From Candidatus Micrarchaeia archaeon (GTDB lineage: Archaea; Micrarchaeota; Micrarchaeia; Micrarchaeales; CABMGC01): a stretch of 22,342 bases of DNA. A program made the position numbers and the translations under genes. Numbering within the stretch: position 1 is the first letter of the stretch; every line of letters begins with the position of its first letter. The stretch is taken from contig JBMFIM010000013.1 of the NCBI GenBank assembly GCA_049976305.1, positions 1-22,342 of the forward strand, read 5' to 3'. The notes below the pieces were generated by a model. The model had not been told where the DNA came from. It was given only the letters and a program-made list of their open reading frames with translations, and did no database searches. Below, piece after piece: positions 15,296 to 22,342 of this stretch.

Positions 15296-16114
15296 AGAAA
15301 GGAATAAGATAATTGCCTGCGATACAAGCAGCCTGCTTTGGCTTTCTTGCACATTTGCGTTTGCAGCAAGCTCTTTGCATTTTTCCTCGTTGCAAATTAT
15401 GAACTTTTCAGACCTTTTTAGCACGCCTAGGTCCAATTTTTCCATCTCTTGCTTTTCCGCACCTGATCCTTCAGGAATAAAGGTGTCAACGTATACGGCA
15501 TCAGTGTCTTCCACAGCCTCGGCCACATTGTTAAAAAGATCTACCACTCCATGTTCTCTTGCCTTTACTAAGTATAGCGGATTGGCGCTGAATGCCTGGG
15601 GGCTTGCTATCGCTACGCTAAGGCCTAGCTTTGCTGCTCCAAGCATTAGGGAATTTACGCTGCCTAGGTTGGGATTGCCCACTATTGCGAGCTTCCTTTT
15701 CCTGCTTATACCTATCTGCCTTCTGAATAGATAAAGAGCAGAAAGCGCCAATATTGGATGCTCCAGCTCTGTGCCGGCGTTTATCACAGGCACCGAGCAC
15801 AATTCGGCAAACTTAGCAAGGGAATCCTGGCTTGATAGCCTTGCAGCAATGAAATTGGCATACGTGCTAAGCACTTGGGCATACGAAGCCAAGGTTCGGT
15901 TTTCAAAATTGAGATATATCGCTCGGCCGCCAAGCCTTGATATGGCTACTTCAAGTGCAAGCCTCGTCTTCAGCGAGCTTCTCTGGAAGAGAAGGGCAAG
16001 TATGGAATCAGGCTTTATTGTTATTTCTTCCTTCCCCGCCCCAACATCGTCTGCTATTTCGAAGATTGCGTTTATCTCTTCCTTTGAAAGGTCGTCTATG
16101 CCAAGCAAGTGCAT
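15281..16114 (-). CDS. Degenerate ornithine/aspartate carbamoyltransferase-family protein
   Basis: HLLGIDDLSKEEI, LLFQRSSLKTRLALEVAISRLGG, VPVINAG..EHP, DAVYVD; catalytic motifs altered. Confidence 0.85.
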   Translation of the reverse strand: MHLLGIDDLSKEEINAIFEIADDVGAGKEEITIKPDSILALLFQRSSLKTRLALEVAISRLGGRAIYLNFENRTLASYAQVLSTYANFIAARLSSQDSLAKFAELCSVPVINAGTELEHPILALSALYLFRRQIGISRKRKLAIVGNPNLGSVNSLMLGAAKLGLSVAIASPQAFSANPLYLVKAREHGVVDLFNNVAEAVEDTDAVYVDTFIPEGSGAEKQEMEKLDLGVLKRSEKFIICNEEKCKELAANANVQESQSRLLVSQAIILFLSEKNI

Positions 16115-16119
16115 AGAAT

Positions 16120-16590
16120 CTAGCCAAATATCATGCCAAGGCCCTGCTCAGCTCCCTCCCTTTCATTCTTTATTGCCTCTATTACCTTCCTCTCGCTTTC
16201 AGGGTCTAGCCTGCTTATGCTCTTCACAGCGTTTTTCAGCTTCTTCTCCGCAAGCTCCCAGTCTGAGTCAGAGCCCGAAAGGTCAATGTACAAGTATTCC
16301 AGGCTAGTGTCAAGCCCAAGCTCGCTTCCGCTTTTTATTTCATAATCCTGCCTTGCAAATATTATGTTTGCTTCTTTGTCGCTCTTGAGCTTTTGCAAAG
16401 CTTCATCTATCTTCTTTGCAAGCTCTTCCGCCTGCTGCTTTATCTCAGGATGCTCAGCAAGGTACTTAGGATCATTCCACTGGCTAGGCATAGAAGGAAC
16501 AAGGTTCTTGTCCAAATACGGGTCGTAGGTGAGGACTTTCTTTAGCTGCTCCTCGTCAGCAGGTGAGAAGGAGTAGACTCTAGCTGTTAT
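16120..16590 (-). CDS. Conserved-looking archaeal hypothetical protein (probable ATA start at 16590)
   Basis: The frame is open upstream of TTG 16515 (ITARVYSFSPADEEQLKKVLTYDPY); FARQDY, YLYID, C-terminal AEQGLGMIFG; GGGTGA RBS-like sequence before ATA; abuts the rps8e stop. Confidence 0.7.
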   Translation of the reverse strand: MTARVYSFSPADEEQLKKVLTYDPYLDKNLVPSMPSQWNDPKYLAEHPEIKQQAEELAKKIDEALQKLKSDKEANIIFARQDYEIKSGSELGLDTSLEYLYIDLSGSDSDWELAEKKLKNAVKSISRLDPESERKVIEAIKNEREGAEQGLGMIFG

Positions 16591-16594
16591 GCAG

Positions 16595-16993
16595 TCACCC
16601 CTCTACAAGCTTTGCCACTACGTGACCTTCCCTGCTAGGCCTGTTGAGCACAATGGCTTTGCCAAGCTCGGTTTGTATGACAGAGCCTTTTGTTATTATT
16701 CCGAGCCTTGCAAAGTTGCGGTTGTCCTTAGACTCTACTACACCGCTTATCTTCGCCTTCTTGTAGCCCTGCTTTGTCAGAACGTTTGCCACATCAATTC
16801 TCTTCAGCTTGGGCAGGAGCACACCGCCTCTTCCGCGCCTTTTCTCTACAACCTTCTTGTCTCCGACTCTCGTAGCTGCGAAATAGCCTCCAAACTCATG
16901 CCTTCGCTTGTCCCTGCTTTTCTTTAGCACTTTGCCGTTGCCTGTGGACTTGGTGTTCGACCTTGCATGCATCTGTATTCCAAATTGGCTCAT
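16595..16993 (-). CDS. rps8e: 30S ribosomal protein eS8
   Basis: RS..KSTG...KRRHEFG, RGRGG, NRNFARLGIITKGSVIQTELGKAIVLNRPSREG. Confidence 0.96.
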   Translation of the reverse strand: MSQFGIQMHARSNTKSTGNGKVLKKSRDKRRHEFGGYFAATRVGDKKVVEKRRGRGGVLLPKLKRIDVANVLTKQGYKKAKISGVVESKDNRNFARLGIITKGSVIQTELGKAIVLNRPSREGHVVAKLVEG

Positions 16994-17078
16994 AGCATCA
17001 CATTAGCTCATATATAAGAAAGAACATTAAAATAATTGCAGGCTCTAGTTTGTAAACCTTTCGGTAGGATATGAATAT

Positions 17079-17504
17079 ATGCAGCATTACTTGGAGCGGG
17101 CAAATCCCGTGGCATATGTGTGCGAGTCTGAGAGTGTTGAAGAGAGCATAAGGGTCGCTGACAGGCTTTCTGGCAAGCATGATTTTATCTTGCTGCTCAG
17201 CAAGGGCATAGACCCTGCCAAGCTTCTTCCTGCTTATCTGAACGCAGCTGTAAGGAAGCACAGCGGCATGGGAAAGGCGAGCAAGCCAAGCATGGAAATG
17301 CTTCTTTATGTAGCAGGCACGCCTAACATAAAAGAGGCAATAAAGAAATGTGGCGTTCATGAGCAAAAATTCATTGCCTTTTCAACTAGCCATTCCTTGT
17401 TTAGGAAATTCAAGAAGCAATCTAGGATAAGAATAATTAAGCAAGTGCCAATATCCTTTGACGGTTCAGAGGCCGAAAAGGTTTTTGCCTCGATCAAGGA
17501 CTAA
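17079..17504 (+). CDS. cgi121: KEOPS complex subunit Cgi121-like
   Basis: AYLNA...KPSMEMLLYVAGTPNIKEAIKKCGV matches the Cgi121 core E(I/M)LL..SG..QI..AI..G. Confidence 0.72.
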   Translation: MQHYLERANPVAYVCESESVEESIRVADRLSGKHDFILLLSKGIDPAKLLPAYLNAAVRKHSGMGKASKPSMEMLLYVAGTPNIKEAIKKCGVHEQKFIAFSTSHSLFRKFKKQSRIRIIKQVPISFDGSEAEKVFASIKD

Positions 17505-17565
17505 CACGCTGCTGCGCTCTCGAGGATAATTATTTAAGCTTCAAATTGCTAATATCTTTGGTTTT

Positions 17566-17985
17566 ATGAATGATAATGAATACTACGCGCTACTAGACAG
17601 GGCTTTCTCGCTGATGCCAGCTAGTGAAACCCAGGCTACGGCAGACTTTGTCATACCCAAGGCAGACTCATTCATACAGGGCAACAAGACTATAATAAGA
17701 AACTTTGCGCAAATTGCGGATATTGCACGAAGGAAGCCAGAGCTTATACAGAGGTTCCTAATAAAGGAGCTGGGAACGCCTTCAAGCATAGACGGCCAGA
17801 CTCTCAAAATAAATGCAAGGTTCCAGCCTGAGGTTCTAAACGACAAGATAAAGAAGTACTTCGAGACATATGTGATATGCAGGGAGTGCCACAAGCCAGA
17901 TACGCACATAGAGTCCAGCGAAAGAGGCTATGAGGTCATAGTCTGCGAGGCTTGCGGTGCAAGGTATACAGTGAAAGAGCTGTGA
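17566..17985 (+). CDS. eif2b: Translation initiation factor aIF-2 beta subunit
   Basis: Y.ALLDRA, GNKTIIRNF, FLIKELGT, zinc ribbon YVICRECHKPDT...CEACGA. Confidence 0.96.
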   Translation: MNDNEYYALLDRAFSLMPASETQATADFVIPKADSFIQGNKTIIRNFAQIADIARRKPELIQRFLIKELGTPSSIDGQTLKINARFQPEVLNDKIKKYFETYVICRECHKPDTHIESSERGYEVIVCEACGARYTVKEL

Positions 17986-17989
17986 TAGC

Positions 17990-18292
17990 ATGGCAAAGAA
18001 GAAAAATGAGGAAGTTGTGCATGAGCTTAAGCTTCCTCAAGGCAATGAGGTAGTAGGCAGGGTTTCTCAAGCTTTAGGCGCTTCGAACTTCAAAGTAAGG
18101 TGCGCTGATGGCTACGAAAGGCTTTGCAGCATACCAGGCAGGCTGAAGAGGGATTTCTGGATAAAAGAAGGAGACCTTGTTCTAGTAAGGCCGTGGGTTG
18201 TGCAGACTAACGAGCGAGGTGACATTGTCTGGCGCTACAGCCTTGGAGACGCCGACCTGCTCAAGAAGAAAGGAATTCCGGTGGTAGACTAA
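17990..18292 (+). CDS. eif1a: Translation initiation factor aIF-1A
   Basis: LP..NEVVGRV.QALG, VRCADG.ERLCSIPGRLKR..WIKEGDLVLV.PW, GDIVWRY. Confidence 0.97.
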   Translation: MAKKKNEEVVHELKLPQGNEVVGRVSQALGASNFKVRCADGYERLCSIPGRLKRDFWIKEGDLVLVRPWVVQTNERGDIVWRYSLGDADLLKKKGIPVVD

Positions 18293-18855
18293 TGCTTGAG
18301 GAGAAGAAGATCCAGTTTGAAGGCAGGGATTTTGTCTATTTTCAGGAAGGAAATTATGAAAAAAGTGCAGTTTTGCTTCATGGCTACAGCTTTGAGTCCA
18401 AAGTATGGGAGCAAGCAGGCATAACCGCTTTGCTTTCTTCCTTGGGCTATTCCTCGTTTGCCCTTGACATTCCAGGCTTTCCGAACAGCAGAAACAAGCA
18501 GGAGATGGATGAGGAACATATCCTTTCGCTAATAGGCGAGCTGGTAAGCAGGCTAAATAGGCCAGTCTTGCTAGGTGCTAGCGCCAGCGGCTATCTTGCC
18601 CTAAAGTTTGCAGAGCAGAATAGCAGCATGATAAGTGCGGTCATAGGTGTGGGGCCTGTGAGGCTAAACGAAATAAAAACAGGCTTAATAAAAGTTCCAA
18701 TGCTTCTTATTTGGGGCTCTTTGGACAACGTCTCGAAGCCGGTCAAGGTCAAGGGCGCAAGGGTGGAGGTTATAGCAGGCGCTCGCCATGCATGCTACCT
18801 TGACAAGCCAGAAGAATTCAAGAAGCTGATTGCAGACTTCCTGCACAGCCTGTAG
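18292..18855 (+). CDS. Alpha/beta hydrolase (ABHD14-like)
   Basis: LLHGYSF, DIPGF, nucleophile elbow GASASG, WGSLD, HACYLDKP. Confidence 0.9.
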   Translation: MLEEKKIQFEGRDFVYFQEGNYEKSAVLLHGYSFESKVWEQAGITALLSSLGYSSFALDIPGFPNSRNKQEMDEEHILSLIGELVSRLNRPVLLGASASGYLALKFAEQNSSMISAVIGVGPVRLNEIKTGLIKVPMLLIWGSLDNVSKPVKVKGARVEVIAGARHACYLDKPEEFKKLIADFLHSL

Positions 18856-18866
18856 AGGGGGTTTGA

Positions 18867-19673
18867 ATGCTCGACTTCAAGCCAAAGAAAAGGCTGGGCC
18901 AAAGCTTCCTTGTAAACAGGAATATAGCAAAGGCAGAGGCTGTGCATGGCGCAGGCAAAATAGTCATAGAGATGGGCCCTGGCTTGGGAGTGCTCACGAA
19001 GGAGCTTTGCAAAGTTGCAAAGAAGGTTATTGCAGTGGAGCTAGACCCAGACCTTTATAGCAGGCTTGGAAGGGAGCTGAAAAGCAGGAAGCTTAAGCTT
19101 ATCAACAAGGATTTCTTTGAAGCTACAAGCGAGGAGCTTGAGCTAGAGAATGCAGAAATCATGATAGCAAACATTCCTTACCAGCTCTCCAGCAAGACCA
19201 TTGAATTCTTATCGAGCAACTCTTTGCCAGCGGTTCTGTGCCTGCAGAAGGAGTTCGTTGAGCACATGCTTGCAAAGCCCGGGGAGCGGAGCTATTCAAA
19301 GCTGAGCGTCGTTGCGCAGCTCTCTTTCAGGCTGAGCAAGATAATGGATGTTTCAAGGGGCAACTTCAATCCTGTGCCCAAGGTGGACTCTAGCATAGTC
19401 CTGATAGAGCCGAAGAGAAAAATAGACAAGGCAACGCTGCACATACTAAGCGCTTTGATGGAGCACAAGAAGAAAACGGTAAAGAACGCAATAGAAGATG
19501 CTGCAAAAGAGCTTGGAATCAGCAAAGGGCAGGCCAAGATGATAGCACAGAAAATAAGCAACAGTTCAGCAAGGGTATTCAAACTCAGCCCAGAAAGCCT
19601 GCTCAGCCTGGCAGAAGAGATAGGAAGAGTTATCGAAGAGAGTAATAAGGCTCCTGAATCTGTTGCAGAATAA
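18867..19673 (+). CDS. ksgA: 16S rRNA adenine dimethyltransferase KsgA/Dim1
   Basis: KKRLGQSFL, EMGPGLG, AVELD, ANIPYQLSS, LQKEF, YSKLSV, FNPVPKVDS. Confidence 0.96.
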   Translation: MLDFKPKKRLGQSFLVNRNIAKAEAVHGAGKIVIEMGPGLGVLTKELCKVAKKVIAVELDPDLYSRLGRELKSRKLKLINKDFFEATSEELELENAEIMIANIPYQLSSKTIEFLSSNSLPAVLCLQKEFVEHMLAKPGERSYSKLSVVAQLSFRLSKIMDVSRGNFNPVPKVDSSIVLIEPKRKIDKATLHILSALMEHKKKTVKNAIEDAAKELGISKGQAKMIAQKISNSSARVFKLSPESLLSLAEEIGRVIEESNKAPESVAE

Positions 19674-20289
19674 CAGCATTGCTTACAAGCTCCTTGAACC
19701 GCCTCTCTATTTTTGCATAGTCTTTTCCTGCAAGGGCTTTGTAGTGCATGGGTGCCACATACGTCGCTCTGATAGCCTTTGCAGCGCCAGCTGCCTCTTC
19801 AACGTCCATTGTGTATGTGCCGCCTGCCGGTAGCAAGGCAAGGTCAACATCAATTTGCTTCATTTCCTCCACAAAATCAGTGTCGCCAGCGTGGTAGACC
19901 TTCGCTTTGCCAGTGTCTATAATATAGCCTACCCAGTTATTAGCCCTAGGGTGGAAGTTTAACCTTTCCGGCTTTGTATTATATGCCGGCACTGTCGAGA
20001 AGGAAACGCCACCAATGCTGTAGCTCTTGCCCGGCTCTACAGCAAGCACGTCCCCGTTAAGCTTGCCAGCTGATTCTTTTGGCGCTACTACCTTTGTTCC
20101 ATCGGTGCGCAATACGTCTATGTCTTTGTTGCTCAGATGGTCGAAGTGAGAATGCGTTATGAAGATGATGTCTGCTTTGCCTACACGAGCAGGGTCTCTT
20201 ATCCTAAATGGATCTATTGCTATTTTCTTCCCTTTGGCTTCCAGCAAGAAGCCTGCGTGGTCTATCCACTTTAGAAAATCCAACTCCAT
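19630..20289 (-). CDS. MBL-fold metallo-hydrolase
   Basis: IDPF, THSHFDH, VPAYN...FHP, YHAGDTD, GGTYTM, PMHY; likely start ATG 20289; 44-nt tail-to-tail overlap with ksgA. Confidence 0.92.
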   Translation of the reverse strand: MELDFLKWIDHAGFLLEAKGKKIAIDPFRIRDPARVGKADIIFITHSHFDHLSNKDIDVLRTDGTKVVAPKESAGKLNGDVLAVEPGKSYSIGGVSFSTVPAYNTKPERLNFHPRANNWVGYIIDTGKAKVYHAGDTDFVEEMKQIDVDLALLPAGGTYTMDVEEAAGAAKAIRATYVAPMHYKALAGKDYAKIERRFKELVSNAVILQQIQEPYYSLR

Positions 20290-20566
20290 AATTAAAATTG
20301 CAAAGTAAAGATTATACATTTTTCCTTGGATCCTCTTCATCCTACATTGGTATTATTTACCTTTTTATAGAATTGTTGGGTGTGGAGAAGGCAGCAAGGA
20401 AAATACTGGGTGTATGAATTGAGAAAGCTTATCAAGGACTTAAGAAAGTCGAGGGAACGCAACCTGATAGGAAACCTTCGCTATATTGACCTTTATGCGG
20501 AATATCAAAGTATGGAAAGTTTCCGGAAAAGAAAATTTTTAATGTTTCAGCAGTAATGTATTTGCG

Positions 20567-22024
20567 ATGAGGGCAAGGCAGAAAATACGTGCCACACTGG
20601 CAGGCGTGTTTATTGCAGAAGTACTTGTTCTCTTTCTTCCTATTCTTATGCACATTTACTTCCTGATACTGCTCCTTGGATTGGCATTTTTCCTGGCGCA
20701 GTATTTTCTAGTTCCATTCCTGCTCGGGCTTGTCTTGGGAATAAGGTACATAAACAACAAGGACAGGCTTTACAAGGCAATAGAGCGGGAAATAGGCAGC
20801 TATGGCTTTGAGAATTTCAACCTAGGGCTCGCAAACCTCGGCTCGCAAACAACGGCTTCGTTCAGGAAGGGCTTTCGCGACATAACCTTTGTGCTAGACC
20901 ACAGCCTGAAAAACAAAAACAAAAGAACGATAATGCGTGCGTTGAAGAGGGAACTAGAGGCGCAGTCTGCTGCTGAATACATAATGTCCTATGGCTGGAT
21001 GATTCTGATTGTGTCTATTTTGCTAATGGCGCTTTTCAAGCTAGGCCTGTTTAGTTACAGCGCCAATATTTGCGTGCCTCAAGCAGGCTTTTTGTGCAAC
21101 AACATTAACCTGCTAGGCGGAGGCCTTCTTACTTTCAGCATAGGCACCTATGCGCCCATGCACATCTTCGGCATAGCTTGCACAATTGGCAGTTCTCAGC
21201 CCACTAACTTTACAGGGGTCAACATAAATTCAGCGCCTGGAAAAATAACTATCACAGGTACGACCTGCCCAACAAAAAGCAGCTCTGTCTCAGGCACAAT
21301 TTGGATAGAATATACAACCCCTTATTATAGCCAGCCCCAGATAGCGGAGATAGGCAAGTTCGTAGCCTCGGCCCAGCAGCCAGCTCTTTCTGCTGTTTTT
21401 AACGGCAAGAATAGCTCAATAGTAGTGCCCTACTCTCCTCTATTTAACTTAGGAGACCCTAATTTCACCTTTGTTGCCTGGGTGATGCCACACGGATATC
21501 CAGTTAAGGGCACTAGCGGCAAGGGGTTTCCGCTTTCAGGCATAATCTTTGAGAGAGAACCGTCTTATGCTTGGGGCATAAACTCCACAGGCTACCTTAA
21601 CTGGATTATAAACTATCCAGGCAAGACCATGCCTACAAACATCTACACTCCTTTAAACAACTTTACACAAGTTGTGCTTACATTCAATGGCTTCTATGTA
21701 GCAGCTTACAAAAATGGCCAACTGGGCAGCGTGATACCGGCGCCAATAGTAAACAACTCAAACCTCAACGCACTTATTATTGGAGCAAGGAATGCATCAG
21801 GCACTCCAAACACCTTCTTTAATGGAAGCATGGTCAACATACAAATTTACAACACGACCCTCTCTCCGCAGCAAGTTAAGTATTTGTATAGCGAAGGCTT
21901 GTATGGCGCCCCAATAGCAAATGCAGGGATTGTAGCATGGTGGCCATTAGACGGCAATCCTAACGACTACAGTGGCAGCGGCAATAATGGCCAAGCAAGC
22001 ACTGTATCGTGGAATGCTACCTGA
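20567..22024 (+). CDS. Membrane protein: HtpX-like N-terminal remnant + internal class III signal peptide + LamG-like domain
   Basis: Two N-terminal TMs; internal EA/QSAAEYIMSYGWMILIVSILLMALFKLG at about aa 131-160; C.PQAGF.C pilin-like segment; AVFNG, FTFVAWV, YKNGQL, FNGSMVNIQIYN, WWPLDGNPNDYSGSG. Confidence 0.85.
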   Translation: MRARQKIRATLAGVFIAEVLVLFLPILMHIYFLILLLGLAFFLAQYFLVPFLLGLVLGIRYINNKDRLYKAIEREIGSYGFENFNLGLANLGSQTTASFRKGFRDITFVLDHSLKNKNKRTIMRALKRELEAQSAAEYIMSYGWMILIVSILLMALFKLGLFSYSANICVPQAGFLCNNINLLGGGLLTFSIGTYAPMHIFGIACTIGSSQPTNFTGVNINSAPGKITITGTTCPTKSSSVSGTIWIEYTTPYYSQPQIAEIGKFVASAQQPALSAVFNGKNSSIVVPYSPLFNLGDPNFTFVAWVMPHGYPVKGTSGKGFPLSGIIFEREPSYAWGINSTGYLNWIINYPGKTMPTNIYTPLNNFTQVVLTFNGFYVAAYKNGQLGSVIPAPIVNNSNLNALIIGARNASGTPNTFFNGSMVNIQIYNTTLSPQQVKYLYSEGLYGAPIANAGIVAWWPLDGNPNDYSGSGNNGQASTVSWNAT

Positions 22025-22132
22025 TTAGTAGCGTATATGGTGTTGTTTGCAACAAGAACTTAAAATGCGTGTTTATTTCTAACTCGTTTTTCAAGTGCAG
22101 ATTTAGATTGATCAAGTGGCACGAGTGTTGAT

Positions 22133-22273
22133 GTGGAAGAAACAGAAGTTGTTTCCATAAGGACAAGTAAGAGCTTAAAGAAAGAGGACAAGAGACTCAA
22201 TATAAACCTTAAGAAAGCGTTAGAAGATACACGGGATTGGCTGCAACAATATTTTGGTAAAAAAATCACTTAG
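22133..22273 (+). pseudogene. Probable remnant of an archaeal RHH antitoxin (VapB/CcdA-like)
   Basis: 46-aa ORF from GTG: MEETEVVSIRTSKSLKKEDKRLNINLKKALED...; resembles (T/S)EVISVRV.KELKEEAK.L.IN; no toxin visible before the window end. Confidence 0.45.
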
Positions 22274-22342
22274 TCAGCAGCTGTTCTCTATGGTTATTGT
22301 TTGGTCATAATCTCCTGGTGGAGTGCCCGCAGGTATTGCAAC

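Noticed and set aside
15031..15312. 93-aa + strand ORF
   Set aside because: Spans the antisense of tRNA-Trp; no protein-like features.
20290..20566. Intergenic region and 73-aa ORF 20432..20653
   Set aside because: No convincing coding signal, repeat or RNA structure found by eye.
14076..22024. Diversity-generating retroelement acting on the LamG genes
   Set aside because: No reverse transcriptase and no TR/VR pair differing only at adenines; the paralogues differ at all base types.

Overview
Archaeal chromosomal segment. The gene set, intron-bearing tRNAs, degenerate metabolic enzymes and class III signal peptide/LamG surface proteins suggest DPANN, probably Micrarchaeota (inference). Housekeeping genes include secY, spt5, rpl11, rps8e, aIF-2beta, aIF-1A, ksgA, cgi121, a PiT/DUF47 phosphate transport pair and an EndoIII-like glycosylase. 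Two convergent intron-containing tRNAs (Ser-UGA on +, Trp-CCA on -) bracket an accessory block: an RMD1-like gene, an AbiE-type toxin-antitoxin pair with a frameshifted toxin, and a pilin-like LamG gene. Main observations: (1) the LamG gene at 14076-15059 is a compositional mosaic, with an AT-rich core between GC-rich ends, as expected for cassette exchange; (2) a second pilin-like LamG gene appears fused behind a dead HtpX-like N-terminal half; (3) the guaB-like gene has GMP reductase rather than IMPDH signatures; (4) the tRNA-Trp intron carries a reduced box C/D guide; (5) the ornithine carbamoyltransferase homologue has lost its catalytic motifs; (6) a DUF929 CxxC protein and a Cys-bearing membrane protein lie in an apparent operon with secY. 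All family calls come from reading motifs by eye; no searches were run.
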